Shown here in pieces: positions 40,524-50,837 of a stretch of DNA of 64,000 nucleotides. Source of the DNA: an uncultured Chloroflexia bacterium (lineage in GTDB: Bacteria > Chloroflexota > Limnocylindria > Limnocylindrales > CSP1-4). The notes beneath the pieces are model-generated. The model searched no databases and was not told the DNA's origin. It saw only the letters and a program-made list of their open reading frames with translations. A program made the translations under genes and the position numbers. The stretch covers positions 270,185-334,184 of the forward strand of contig CAWELX010000006.1 of NCBI GenBank assembly GCA_963810065.1, written 5' to 3'. Position 1 is the stretch's first letter, and each line of letters begins with the position of its first letter.

Positions 40524-40907
40524 TCACGGCTCGCACAGCCACGCCCTGGCGGACGGTCGGCGGAGGCCCACGAACACGGCGACGCCGAGCAGCGCCGGGA
40601 TGATGGCCAGCTGCGGCGCCGGGCTGATCAGGAGGATAGCGATGGCGGGGAGCGTCAGCGTTGTCAGCCCCTGGGCGAGTCCGCGCGCCGCCTGCTTGCG
40701 CTGGAGGACCATCGTGATGGTGAAGATCGTGTAGGCGAGCAGGACCATCACGACGATGCCGGGCAGGCTGAGCGGGGATCCGATGGCCTGGTCCACGACC
40801 CAGCGCAGGGAGAGGCCGACGCCGCCCAGGATGGCGAACCCGTAGCCAAGGAACAGGAGGACGCCGGGCGGCGGGACGCGGCGGCCGGGAGCCGGTTCGG
40901 GAGCCAT
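40524..40907 (-). CDS. Small hypothetical membrane protein (about 127 aa, 3-4 TM helices)
   Basis: Hydrophobic ORF starting MAPEPAPGRRVPPPGVLLFLGYGFAILGG…. Confidence 0.35.
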   Translation of the reverse strand: MAPEPAPGRRVPPPGVLLFLGYGFAILGGVGLSLRWVVDQAIGSPLSLPGIVVMVLLAYTIFTITMVLQRKQAARGLAQGLTTLTLPAIAILLISPAPQLAIIPALLGVAVFVGLRRPSARAWLCEP

Positions 40908-41081
40908 GGCGCGATTCTGCCACGACCTTCGCCCGCGGGCGGGCACTCCGGGCAGCCGTCCGGCGCTGGGCCCGCCGCTCGGGGCGCGCGGTGCCGGCGC
41001 CTCTTCGCCCGCGGGCGGACACCCCGGGTGGAGGTGCGGCGTCACCGTTCCGAGTCTGCCGCGAAACTCTCTTGACACCTT

Positions 41082-41110
41082 CCCGGTGTCCCGTTAGTGT
41101 CAGCTAAACC
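41082..41110 (+). promoter_or_regulatory. Putative sigma-70-type promoter of the LacI regulator gene: TTGACA-17 bp-TAGTGT
   Basis: cttgacaccttcccggtgtcccgttagtgt read directly. Confidence 0.35.
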
Positions 41111-41131
41111 GGTTTGCTAAACCGGTTTGCA
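41104..41131. promoter_or_regulatory. Two tandem copies of the palindromic LacI-type operator half-sites gcTAAACCGGTTTGc
   Basis: AAACCGGTTT is a perfect 10-bp palindrome, present twice, 57 bp upstream of the lacI GTG. Confidence 0.45.
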
Positions 41132-41187
41132 CCGTCGTCGGCGACCGCGTCCCCGGCCCGACGGCACGCAGGAGGAGCCGACACGGC

Positions 41188-42261
41188 GTGGAACAGCAGC
41201 GGAGCCGGCCACGGATCGCCGACGTCGCCCGCGAGGCGGGCGTGTCCAAGACCGCGGTGTCGTTCGCCTTCAACAGTCCCGAGCGCCTGAGCCCCGACAC
41301 GGCGACGCGCATCCGCGCCGTCGCCGATTCGCTGGGGTACCGGCCGCACCCGGTGGCTCGCATGCTGACCCAGCGGCGCACCCGGACCATCGGGGTCCTG
41401 ACGCCGCAGGCCCTCTCGGTGGTGTTCGCCAATCCGTTCTTCGCGACCTTCAGCGAAGGCGTGGCGGCGGCCGCCGAGGAGGCCGGCTACGGGCTCCTCT
41501 TCGTCTCGCCGGTCTACGGCTCCCTGGCCCGCGCGGTCGGGCGGGCGACGGTGGACGGCTTCGTCGCGATCGGCCTCTCGGAAGAGCACCCGGAGGTCGA
41601 GCAGATCCGCAGGGCGGACCTGCCGATGGTGCTCGTCGACTCGACGGCGTTCCCGGGGAATGCCGCCGTGGACGTCGACGACGAAGGCGGCGCCCGGCTG
41701 GCGGCAGAGCACCTGCTCTCCCTCGGCCATCGCGAGTTCCTCGTCATCGGCGTCGAGCCGCCCACGCCGGGCGCGCTGTCCGACTCCGGGGGTGTCGTGG
41801 GCAGCCGGCTTGCCGGCTACCGCGCCGCCCTGGCTGCGTCCGGGATCGAGCTCCCGGACGACCGCGTCGTGGTCGGGCCAGCGAGCATCGACGGTGGGGC
41901 CGCCTGCCTCACGAGGGCGTGGGAGGACGGCCTCCGTCCGACCGCCGTTCTCGCGATGAGCGACGTGATGGCCATCGGGGCGGTCGGCGCTGCCCGCCGT
42001 CTCGGCCTTGACGTGCCCGCCGACCTGAGCGTCGTCGGGTTCGACGATATCGACCTCGCCCGCCACGTCCAGCCCCCGCTCACGACCGTGCACCAGCCGG
42101 TCCGCCGGAAGGGCGAGGAGGCATGTCGCCTCCTCCTCGCGGCAATCGAGCGGCAGGAGGTCGTCGGCTCAGACCACCGCCGCCTGGAGACCCGGCTCAT
42201 CGTCCGGGGCTCCAGCGGCCCGGCGCCCCGCCGGGGCGAGGAGGTGGCGGGGGGTAACTGA
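41188..42261 (+). CDS. LacI-family transcriptional regulator
   Basis: The N-terminal HTH …RIADVAREAGVSKTAVSFAFN… plus a periplasmic-binding-fold effector domain. Confidence 0.85.
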   Translation: MEQQRSRPRIADVAREAGVSKTAVSFAFNSPERLSPDTATRIRAVADSLGYRPHPVARMLTQRRTRTIGVLTPQALSVVFANPFFATFSEGVAAAAEEAGYGLLFVSPVYGSLARAVGRATVDGFVAIGLSEEHPEVEQIRRADLPMVLVDSTAFPGNAAVDVDDEGGARLAAEHLLSLGHREFLVIGVEPPTPGALSDSGGVVGSRLAGYRAALAASGIELPDDRVVVGPASIDGGAACLTRAWEDGLRPTAVLAMSDVMAIGAVGAARRLGLDVPADLSVVGFDDIDLARHVQPPLTTVHQPVRRKGEEACRLLLAAIERQEVVGSDHRRLETRLIVRGSSGPAPRRGEEVAGGN

Positions 42262-42388
42262 AGGACCGGACGAACGGGTCGCCGCGATGGCGGCCCGCAC
42301 CGGGATCCCGCCGGCATGTTGCAGGTGGGACATCGTTTCGTCGCCGGCGCCATCGTGGCGGCCGGCTGCAGGAGGAGCACTCGAACAG

Positions 42389-43659
42389 ATGAACCGAACC
42401 AGCAAGCTGGTGACCGCGCTCGGCGCGCTCGCCATCGTGGTCGGCGCGTGCGGTGGTGGGGCGACCCCCACCCCGGCGGCGTCGTCGGCCCCGTCCGCGG
42501 CCCCGTCGGAGGCCGCCTCGGAGGCCCCGTCCGCAGCCCCGACCCTGTCGGGCGACCTGACCGTCTGGAACGCCTACGGCTCCGGCGGCACCGCCGAGGG
42601 CACGGCCTTCCAGCAGATCCTCGACTCGTCGAAGACGCAGTTCCCCAACCTGAACATCGTCGTTCTCGACGTGCCGTTCGACCAGCTGTACACCAAGTTC
42701 GAGACCGCGGCCGCGTCCGGCGGCGGCCCCGACCTGTACATCGCCCCGAACGACAACCTCGGCAACGAGGTCCGCGCTGACCTCCTCGCGGACGTCACCG
42801 CGCAGTTCGCCAACAGCGTCAACTTCACCAACACCGTCGAGGTGGCCGCCAACGGCTCCCAGATCGACGCCAAGTGGTACATGGTCCCCGAGAGCCTCAA
42901 GGCGGTGGCCATGTTCTACCGCCCGAGCAAGGTTGCGACCCCGCCGGCGACGACGGATGAGCTGCTCGCCGCGGTCAAGAGCGGCGTCCAGTTCGGCATC
43001 AACCAGAGCGCCTACCACAACTGGGGCTTCTGGTACGCCTTCGGCGGCCAGATCATGGACGACGGCGGGCAAGTGCATCGCCGACCAGCGCGCGGCGTCT
43101 CCGACGCCATGAAGTTCCTGGCCGACATGAAGGCGGCCGGCGCCAAGTTCTACACCGACGGCGCCAAGTTCCAGGACGACTTCAAGACCGGCAAGCTCGA
43201 CGCGATCATCGAGGGCCCGTGGTTCTCCGGTGACGCCAAGAAGGCCTTCCCCGACGACATCGCGGTCGCCCCGATGCCGGCCGGCCCCACGGCCGCCTCG
43301 CAGCCGATGACCGGCGTCGACGGCTGGTACATCAACAAGTCCGTCGGCGAACGCCGACCTCGCCACCAACTGGGCGATCTGGGCCACCAGCGCCGCCAAC
43401 CAGCAGATCATGGTCGACGGCGCGGGTCACGTCCCGGCCGACAAGACCATCACCATCGGCGATCCCCATCGTGCAAGGGCTTCAGCGACGCGGTCGAGCC
43501 ACGGGCTATCGCGCGGCCGCAGATCCCCGCAGCTGAACAACTACTGGAGCAACTTCCAGCAACGCCATCAACGAGGTCCTCGACAAGGGGACCGACCCGA
43601 CGGCTGCCGTCGCCACGGCGTGCACCGAGATGAACAAGGCGAACAAGATCACCCCGTAG
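42389..43659 (+). pseudogene. Sugar ABC transporter substrate-binding protein (maltose/trehalose-type) with about three frameshifts in the last roughly 300 nt
   Basis: Lipoprotein signal (MNRTSKLVTALGALAIVVGACGG), intact for about 310 aa. The 3' end then switches frames (…NADLATNWAIWATSAANQQIMVDGAGHVPADK…, …GFSDAVEPRAIARPQIP…, …SNAINEVLDKGTDPTAAVATACTEMNKANKITP*). Confidence 0.6.
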
Positions 43660-43811
43660 TCTCGGACTCACCCGCTCCGGTTCGCCGGAGCGCACGGGGG
43701 CGCCGGTCCGCCGGCGCCCCCGTGCATCGCACCGAGCCACTTGCCGTGGGGCGCTCGGCGCGTCACGATGCCACTCGAAGTCAGCCTGGGCCATGCGCAG
43801 AGAGAGGGAGC

Positions 43812-44837
43812 ATGAGCAGCAGTGTCAGCACCCCGCTTCTGATCCGACCGCCCCGTCAGAGCTGGTGGAGGCGGACCTCGAACGCTCGTCTGATCCTGCT
43901 CTACCTGCTTCCTGCGCTCCTCGTCATGGGGATCATCACCCTCTATCCGCTCCTGTTCCAGGTCTGGCTGTCCTTCACCGACTACGGGGTCAAGAACCTT
44001 CGCGTCGGCTCGCCGCCCCCGAACGTCGTCGGGTTCGAGAACTACACCAACATCTTCTCGAGCCAGCTGGGGATCCCGAACTTCGAGTTCCTGCGGCTCA
44101 TCATCTACAACCTGTTCTGGGCTCTCTCGAACGTGGTCATCCACGTCGTCCTGGGCGTCGCTCATCGCGGTCCTGCTGCAACACCAAGGGCCTGTGGTTC
44201 AAGAGGTTCTACCGGGCCGCCTTCATCATCCCGGTCGTGATCCCGCCGATCATCGTGGCCACGGTCTGGCGGAACATGTACGACCCGGACTACGGGGCCA
44301 TCAACCTGTTCCTGTCGGGGACCGTGGGGACCCTCCTGCGGCTGCCGCCGGAGGCGTTCCGGCTCGACTGGATGCAGCAGGTCGCCGATCCCATCCCGTT
44401 CGTCCCGCTGCCCGCTCGCCTTCTACGGGATGCTGATCGCCAACACGTGGCTCGGCTGGCCGCTGAACGCGGTCGTCGCGACGGGCGCCCTGCAGTCCAT
44501 CCCGAACGAGCTCTACGAAGCCGCGGAGATCGACGGCGCGTCGTCCTGGCAGCGCTTCCGCAACATCACGATCGTGTACCTGCGGCCGGCGATGCTGCCC
44601 TACGCGATCTACGGCTTCGTCGTCACCTTCAACCTCTTCTACCTGGCCTACTTCATGTCGAACGGAGGGCCGTTCGGCCGGACCGAGCTGCTGGTCACGC
44701 AGGCGTATCGCCTGGTGAACGAGCAACGCCTGTACGGCGTGGGCGCGGCCTTCGCCGTGATCATGTTCTTCATCCTCCTGGCGATCACGATCGTCACGAA
44801 CAAGCTGGCGAAGGCGACGGCCCGCTATGACGCCTGA
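43812..44837 (+). pseudogene. ABC transporter permease (MalF/UgpA-like) split across three frames by two frameshifts, near 44165 and 44420
   Basis: Fragments MSSSVSTPLL…LSNVVIHVV | …NTKGLWFKRFYRAAFIIPVVIPPIIVATVW… | MLIANTWLGWPLNAVVATGALQSIPNELYEAAEIDGAS… (EAA loop). Confidence 0.6.
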
Positions 44838-44888
44838 CCGCCGCGCCGCAGCCGCCACGACGATCCGACGAGGGGAGGTGAGGACCCG

Positions 44889-45842
44889 ATGACGACGGCC
44901 ACCGCGCCGGCGACCGCTCGCGCGCGGTCCCGGTCCCGGACCATCAGCGGAGGTCGTGACAAGCCGTCCCTGCTGAAGCAGCTGATCCTCCAGGCGATCT
45001 GCCTCGGGATCCTCTTCACGGTGCTGTTTCCCGTCATGTGGATCGTCAGCATGGCGATCGACCCGCGCAACCTGTCGCGGCCGGATGGCCTGAACCTGAT
45101 CCCGCCGGGGGCCTCGCTCGACGCGTTCGCCAAGGTCATCGCCAAGCCGACCGCGAACCCGGTGACGTTCGTCGAGCTGGCCCTCAACAGCTTCAAGATC
45201 GCCGGCCATGACCTCGCTCACCAGCGTCCTCATCGCGGTGCTCGCGGCCTACGTCCTGTCGCGCTTCGACTTCCGGGGGCGCGCAGGTCCTGATGATCGC
45301 GATCCTGGGCGGTCCTGATGCTGCCGGCGGTCGCCACCCTGGCGCCGCTCTTCATCACGCTCAACCAGTTCAAGTTCGACCTGCCGGTCCTGGGCGCCTT
45401 CAACCTCCGGAACTCCCTGCTGGGGGTGATGATCGCCATCACCTCGGGGCTCCTGCCGTTCGCGATCTGGAACCTCAAGGGGTACATGGACACGATTCCC
45501 CGCGAGCTGGAGGAAGCCGCCGCGGTCGACGGCGCGACGAAGAACCAGACCTTCTTCCGCGTGATCCTCCCGCTGGCCACGCCGGCCCTCGCGGTGACCG
45601 CGTTCCTGGGCTTCCTGTCGGGCTGGACCGAGTTCTACTTCTCGTGGCAGTTCCTGGAGAACCCCAAGGACTTCACCCTGGCGATGGCCCTCTACAACCT
45701 GGTGGGCCAGTACGCCCGCACCACGCCGTGGAGCCAGTTCGCGGCCTTCGCGATCCTGACCGCCCTCCCGGTCTCCGTCGTCTACTTCGTCTTCCAGCGC
45801 TACATCGTCTCCGGCCTCGCGATCGGCGGCGTGAAGGGCTGA
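44889..45842 (+). pseudogene. ABC transporter permease (MalG/UgpE-like) with three single-base insertions between about 45205 and 45310
   Basis: The N-terminal fragment ends …NSFKIAG. Shifted frames encode MTSLTSVLIAVLAAYVLSRFDFRGR / QVLMIAIL / VLMLPAVATLAPLFITLNQ…. The rest of the gene is intact (…EEAAAVDGATKNQTFFRVILPLA…). Confidence 0.6.
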
Positions 45843-45989
45843 TCAGCGCACCTCGAGCGCCCGGACGGCCCTGCCGACCGTCCGGGCGCCTTCGCGTCGG
45901 GCCCCGGATCACGCGCCGCGCCGGGGTCGCGACCCACGCACGACGACGCACCGCCCACGACCGCCACCCTTCGAGGAGCCCTCGCCGCG

Positions 45990-47573
45990 ATGTCCCCGCA
46001 GGTCCCCGGCTGGGTCCGGGACGCTGTCTTCTACCAGGTCTTCCCCGACCGCTTCGCGCGCTCGACGCGGCTCGTCCCGCCGGGACCGCTGGAGCCGTGG
46101 GGCACGCCGCCGACCCCGCACGGGTTCCAGGGGGGCGACCTCTACGGGCTCGCAGAGCGGCTGCCCGAGCTCGCGGACCTCGGGATCACGGCGATCTACC
46201 TCAACCCGGTCTTCGCGTCCGCCTCGAACCACCGCTATCACACCTACGACTACCTGGCCGTCGATCCGCTCCTGGGCGGCGACGCAGCCCTGCGTGAGCT
46301 CCTCGATGCGGCGCATGGGCGCGGGATGCGGGTCATCCTCGATGGCGTCTTCAACCACGTCGGCCGCGGCTTCTGGGCCTTCCACCACGTGATGGAGGCC
46401 GGCGCCGACTCGCCGTACCGGGACTGGTTCCATCTCTCTCCGGCGGTGCTCGCGGGCCTCCGCGGATTGCGGGCCTTCCCGGACGCGACGCCCTCATGGG
46501 CGGAAGTCGCCGCCGACCCGGGCCCGTACACGTCCGGTGACTGGAGCCTGGACCACCTCGGATACCGGGCCTGGTGGGGCCTCCCCGCGCTGCCGAAGCT
46601 GAACACGTCCAACCCCCGGGTCCGCGAGATGCTCCTCGGCGTGGCCGAGCGCTGGATCCAGTTCGGTGCCGACGGGTGGCGCCTCGACGTGCCGGCCGAG
46701 ATCGACGACCCCGGCTTCTGGCAGGAGTTCCGCGGCCGTTGCCGGGCCGCCAACCCGGAGGCCTACCTGGTCGGGGAGATCTGGCATGTCGCCCCGGAGT
46801 GGCTGGCCGGCGACCGCTTCGACGGCCTCATGAACTACCCGCTCCTGGAGGCGATCCTCTCGTTCGTCGGTGGTCCCTCCCTGGACCGGGAGCTGGTCGC
46901 CGCGCACCACGAGCTGGGGCAGCATGTCCACCCCGCGGACGGGGCGGCCTTTGGCGCCCGCGTCGCAGAGCTCCTGGCCGCCTACGATCCGGCGACCAAC
47001 GGGGCGATGCTCAACCTCCTCTCGTCCCACGACATGCCGCGCATCCGATCGCTCCTCTCGGGCGACGTTGCGGCACTCCAGCTGGCCGTCCTCCTGCAGA
47101 TGTCGCTCCCGGGCGCTCCGAGCATCTACTACGGCGACGAGATCGGGATGGAGGGCGGGAACGATCCTGACTGCCGGCGGGCCTTCCCGGTGGGCCAGGC
47201 CGGACGCGACGAAGCCCTGCGCGCATTCCATCGGGCGGTGGTCACGGCCCGCCGGGAGCACCCGGGCCTGCGTGCCGACCACGTCGGGCTTGCCGGCTCG
47301 ACTGGCCCGGCAGTGGCCCTCGTGCGGGGCGGGGGCGACGATCCGACTGCGCGCGGGGAGACGCTCCTTGTCGCGATCAATGCCGGGACGGAGGCAGTCG
47401 ACCTGGGCATCACCACCCCGGCACTCGCCGGGCGCAGCCTCGTCCGGCTGGTGGCTGCCGGAGCCATGGAGCCGGCAGGACTTCCGGGCGCGCCCGTGGT
47501 CACCGTGGCGGGCGACGGCGGGGCGACCCTTCCGCTCGGCCCGCAGATGGGCCTGGTTCTCCTGGCCCGCTGA
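45990..47573 (+). CDS. Glycoside hydrolase family 13 (alpha-amylase / alpha-glucosidase-like)
   Basis: …DAVFYQVFPDRFA…GITAIYLNPVF…GMRVILDGVFNHVG…GWRLDV… are GH13 conserved regions. Confidence 0.85.
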   Translation: MSPQVPGWVRDAVFYQVFPDRFARSTRLVPPGPLEPWGTPPTPHGFQGGDLYGLAERLPELADLGITAIYLNPVFASASNHRYHTYDYLAVDPLLGGDAALRELLDAAHGRGMRVILDGVFNHVGRGFWAFHHVMEAGADSPYRDWFHLSPAVLAGLRGLRAFPDATPSWAEVAADPGPYTSGDWSLDHLGYRAWWGLPALPKLNTSNPRVREMLLGVAERWIQFGADGWRLDVPAEIDDPGFWQEFRGRCRAANPEAYLVGEIWHVAPEWLAGDRFDGLMNYPLLEAILSFVGGPSLDRELVAAHHELGQHVHPADGAAFGARVAELLAAYDPATNGAMLNLLSSHDMPRIRSLLSGDVAALQLAVLLQMSLPGAPSIYYGDEIGMEGGNDPDCRRAFPVGQAGRDEALRAFHRAVVTARREHPGLRADHVGLAGSTGPAVALVRGGGDDPTARGETLLVAINAGTEAVDLGITTPALAGRSLVRLVAAGAMEPAGLPGAPVVTVAGDGGATLPLGPQMGLVLLAR

Positions 47574-47782
47574 CCGATGCGCGCGGCGCACCACACCAGC
47601 GCGGTGCCCGCTGACCGGGTCGGACGGGCACGCCGTTCCGCGCGGGGACCGCGCCCAGGCGCCGCCGGCGGCGCGGGGGCCGCGCCCCCCAACGCCCGCC
47701 GCGCCCAGACCGCGCGGGGACCGGGCCCCAGGCGCCGCCGGCGGCGCGGCCGTCGCAAGGTCGCGACATATACTCCGTCGAC

Positions 47783-48430
47783 GTGGCCGATCTTCCTTTT
47801 GCCCCTGTCCGACCCGAGCTCTCCGACCGACTGATCGCGGCGATCGACGCCGACGGCAAGATCCAGCGCGCCATCGCCGCCCTGGGCTGTGTCGTCGGGG
47901 CCGACGTGGTCGTGCTCGGCGACGCCCCTGCGCGCGTCGCCGAGCTGCAGGAGGTCGGGGCACGGGTCGAGGTGCTGCTGCTCCCCGATGAGCCTCGTCC
48001 GGTCCCGGACGACGGTCTGGCGGCCCTCCTCGAGACCCTGCCGCCGGCATCCACCGACGTGCTGGTGGGTCTCTGGACGACGTTCGCGGGCGTGTCACCC
48101 GCCTCGCTCGCCGCTGCCGATCGGGCTCTCCGCGCAGGAGGCCGGCTCCTGGTGCTGCAGGACTACGGCCGCGACGATCTCGACGACGTTCGGGGCGCCG
48201 AGCGCACGGCTGAGCTCGTGGGCTGGAGCCGGCGCGACGGCTGGTACCTGCAGGCGGGGTTCAAGATCCACGTGGTCCATGCGTTCTGGCGCGCAGCGGA
48301 CGGCGCCGAGGCAGCCCAGCTCCTGGAGGCAGCCTTCGGGCCTGCCGGGGGCAGCGCCGCCGCCAGCCTGCGGCGGGCGCGGGTCGCCCACAACGTCGCG
48401 ATCTACCATCGCACGAGGGCGCCCGCGTGA
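47783..48430 (+). CDS. Hypothetical protein (215 aa)
   Basis: An ORF with a plausible start after a repeat-rich spacer. No family recognised. Confidence 0.35.
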   Translation: MADLPFAPVRPELSDRLIAAIDADGKIQRAIAALGCVVGADVVVLGDAPARVAELQEVGARVEVLLLPDEPRPVPDDGLAALLETLPPASTDVLVGLWTTFAGVSPASLAAADRALRAGGRLLVLQDYGRDDLDDVRGAERTAELVGWSRRDGWYLQAGFKIHVVHAFWRAADGAEAAQLLEAAFGPAGGSAAASLRRARVAHNVAIYHRTRAPA

Positions 48431-48810
48431 ACGACCGGGGCCACATCTCGCCGCGCGACCCGAGCGGCGGCCGCGTGCGCCAGGGTGCCTACCTGGGTCC
48501 CGTGAAGATCACGCCGACCCGGGTGATCCTGCTCGTGGCCGTGGCCGGGTCGTTTGGCTACCTGGCCTACGCGATCACGGTCCGGGACGCAGCGCAGATC
48601 CCGATGCTCGCCTCCGGGGCCGCCGTCCTCGGGATCGTCTTCTCAGCGCTGGCCCTGGCGGGCGTGATCGAGACGGTCCGCGCTGCGCGCGCCGACCGGC
48701 CCGGTCGATCCGTCGCAGCTGCCGTGTTCGGCGGCGTGGCCGGCATCGTCGCGTTTGGCTGCTTCGCGGCGGCGGCCGTCTTTGCCCTGCTCTCGAGCTC
48801 GACGCCCTGA
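48427..48810 (+). CDS. Small hypothetical membrane protein (127 aa, three TM helices)
   Basis: Its start overlaps the upstream stop. The sequence is hydrophobic. Confidence 0.3.
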   Translation: MNDRGHISPRDPSGGRVRQGAYLGPVKITPTRVILLVAVAGSFGYLAYAITVRDAAQIPMLASGAAVLGIVFSALALAGVIETVRAARADRPGRSVAAAVFGGVAGIVAFGCFAAAAVFALLSSSTP

Positions 48811-48829
48811 GCCCGCCCGCGGCTGCGCC

Positions 48830-48995
48830 CAACACCCTGGGCCGGCGCCCGGCGCCCGGTGGCCGCGCCCGGTGCCCGGTGGCCGCGCCCGACGCCCGCG
48901 GCCGCGTCCGGTGCGCGCCTGGCGCGCTCGGGTCCGGCGCCCGCGGCCGCGTCCGGCGCGCTCGGCGCGCCTGGCACCCCCCCCGTCGGCCCCCT
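48830..48995. repeat. Degenerate GC-rich tandem repeats (cccgcggccgcgtccggygcgc…ggcgcgc units)
   Basis: Direct inspection. Confidence 0.55.
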
Positions 48996-49014
48996 GATAG
49001 ACTCGGCTCGCCGG

Positions 49015-49060
49015 GCCCCCATCGTCTAGAGGCCTAGGACGCCACCCTTTCAAGGTGGAG
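49015..49060 (+). pseudogene. tRNA-Glu(TTC) 5' fragment: acceptor arm, D arm and anticodon arm. It is truncated before the T arm.
   Basis: GCCCCCATCGTCTAGAGGCCTAGGACGCCACCCTTTCAAGGTGGAG matches bacterial tRNA-Glu through the anticodon stem. No T-arm follows. Confidence 0.5.
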
Positions 49061-50110
49061 ATGCCAGGTGGTGCAGGCGGCCGGCCCGGCGCAGGGTGAT
49101 CGTGCCCGATTCCCGTCGGCCATGTCGTAGCGGAGCCGGAAGCGGCCCGCGCGGGAGCCGGCGGCCCGCGTGCGTCGCCCGTCGCCTGGGCGGTCGCCGG
49201 GTGCGGCCGCGCTCGTTGAGGCGACGGCGTCGAGCTGGGCCTGGCTCGCCCGGGTCCGCGCGGCCGGCTGGCGCCCGAGCCAGCGCTTGAGGGTCTGGTG
49301 GAAGCGCTCGATCTTGCCCTGGGTCTGGGGATGGCCGGGCGCCCCGTTCTTCTGCCGGACGCCGAGGTAGGCGAGCAGGTACTCGAAGCCGTTGCGACCC
49401 CCGGTGAAGCGCGACGTGTAGATCGCGCCGTTGTCGGTGAGTGTGGCGGCGGGCCAGCCGTGCTCCTCGCCCGCTGCGCCGAACGTGGCCACCACGTCGT
49501 CGCCGCCGACCCGCCGGAAGGCCGTGCAGCCGAGCAGGTAGCGGGCGTGGTCGTCGAGCCACGAGCAGATCTCGACCTCGGATGCGTCGGCCAGGCGCCA
49601 GTGGGTGACGTCCGACTGCCACAGCTCGTTGGGTGCCGCGGCCTCGAAGCGGATCCACGAGCTCCGCGGGCGCTTGCGGGGCTCGGGCACAACCAGCCCG
49701 GCGGCGTGGAGGATGCGCCGGATGGTCGAGGTCGACGGGACCCCGAGACCCTCGCGCTCGAGGTGCCAGGCGATCGTGACCGGGCCCGCATCGAGGCCGC
49801 GGCCGGTGAGCTCGGTGCGCAGCTCGATGATCCGCGTACGCACGGGCTCGGGCGTCCGGCCGGGGTTGCTGCGCGGCCGGCGCGAGCGCGGCTCGAGGGC
49901 CTCGAGGTCGCCGTCCCGGTACCGGCGGAGCAGGCGGTGCAGGTGCTGCCGGCTCATCCCGTACGCGGCCGCGGCGGCGGTGACGGACAGCTGCTTCGAG
50001 ACGACCTTGAAGACGGCCACACGGTGCTTCGACATGCGCCCGACTGTCGCGCATGTCGCGACTCATCAGACGCCTATCAGGTGTCACCCATGTCGTGGAC
50101 TCAGACACCC
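49034..50110 (-). mobile_element. IS481-family insertion sequence. The transposase has an N-terminal HTH and a DDE integrase core, and its reading frame is broken near 49250-49300.
   Basis: …LWQSDVTHW…LTDNGAIYTS…HPQTQGKIERFHQTLKRW… is in one frame. The C-terminus …GTITLRRAGRLHHL… is in another. Confidence 0.65.
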
Positions 50111-50469
50111 TTGGGGGTACCAGTTCGCCGCGTCAACGCTGTGACGGCGGCCTCGAGGTGGTGGCTGGCGGGCCTTGGGCGGCCTGTCGGCCTCGGCAGC
50201 TCGCCATCTGCCGCCAGGACCGTGGGTCAATTCATCGATCGAACACCCGTCCTATGACGCACAACTGGGGGATCATCGGGCCGCACCAGCCCGACCCGCA
50301 GCGACGGACCTGCCTGGAGGGTGAGGTTGCCGCGGGCACGGGCCGCCGCCGGGTTCCGAGGCGCGCGTCGGCACTGCCTTCCTCCTCTTCGCCTCCCGCT
50401 CGAACGCCTGAGGGCCGTTGGTCGCGTCGGATCCAGGGCGCCATCGCAGTCGGGCTCCCGTTAGGCGTC

Positions 50470-50740
50470 ATGGCACGGGTCGGCCGCGCCGCCGCGGGAG
50501 GGACAACGGGTCGGCCGCGCCGCCGCGGGAGCCGGCTCCCGGGCCGCCGCTGGAGGGACAACGGGTCGGCCGCGCCGCCGCGGGAGGCGCCCAGGTCGGC
50601 GGGGCAACGGGTCGGCCGCGCCGCCGCGGGAGGCGCCCAGGTCGGCCGTGCCGCCGCCGGAGGCGCCCAGGTCCGCAATGCCGCCGCGGGAGGCGCCCTG
50701 GTCGGCGGTGCCGCTGCGCGAGGCAACGGCCCCCGGCCGC
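50470..50740. repeat. Degenerate tandem repeat array (gggtcggccgcgccgccgcgggagg core, 6-7 copies)
   Basis: Direct inspection. Lies upstream of a small Cys-containing ORF. Confidence 0.7.
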
Positions 50741-50837
50741 CGCGACGGGACCTTGGGTCGGGTTCCCCGGTGGTGAGACCCGCCCGGCAAGCCCTGGACC
50801 CAGGTCGGCCGGCAGGGGCCTCTGGTATCCTCCGCCC

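Noticed and set aside
50238-50258. Degenerate SOS-box-like sequence (TCGAACacccGTCCTA)
   Set aside because: Only 3 of 6 positions match in the second half-site. It is not positioned before an obvious gene start.
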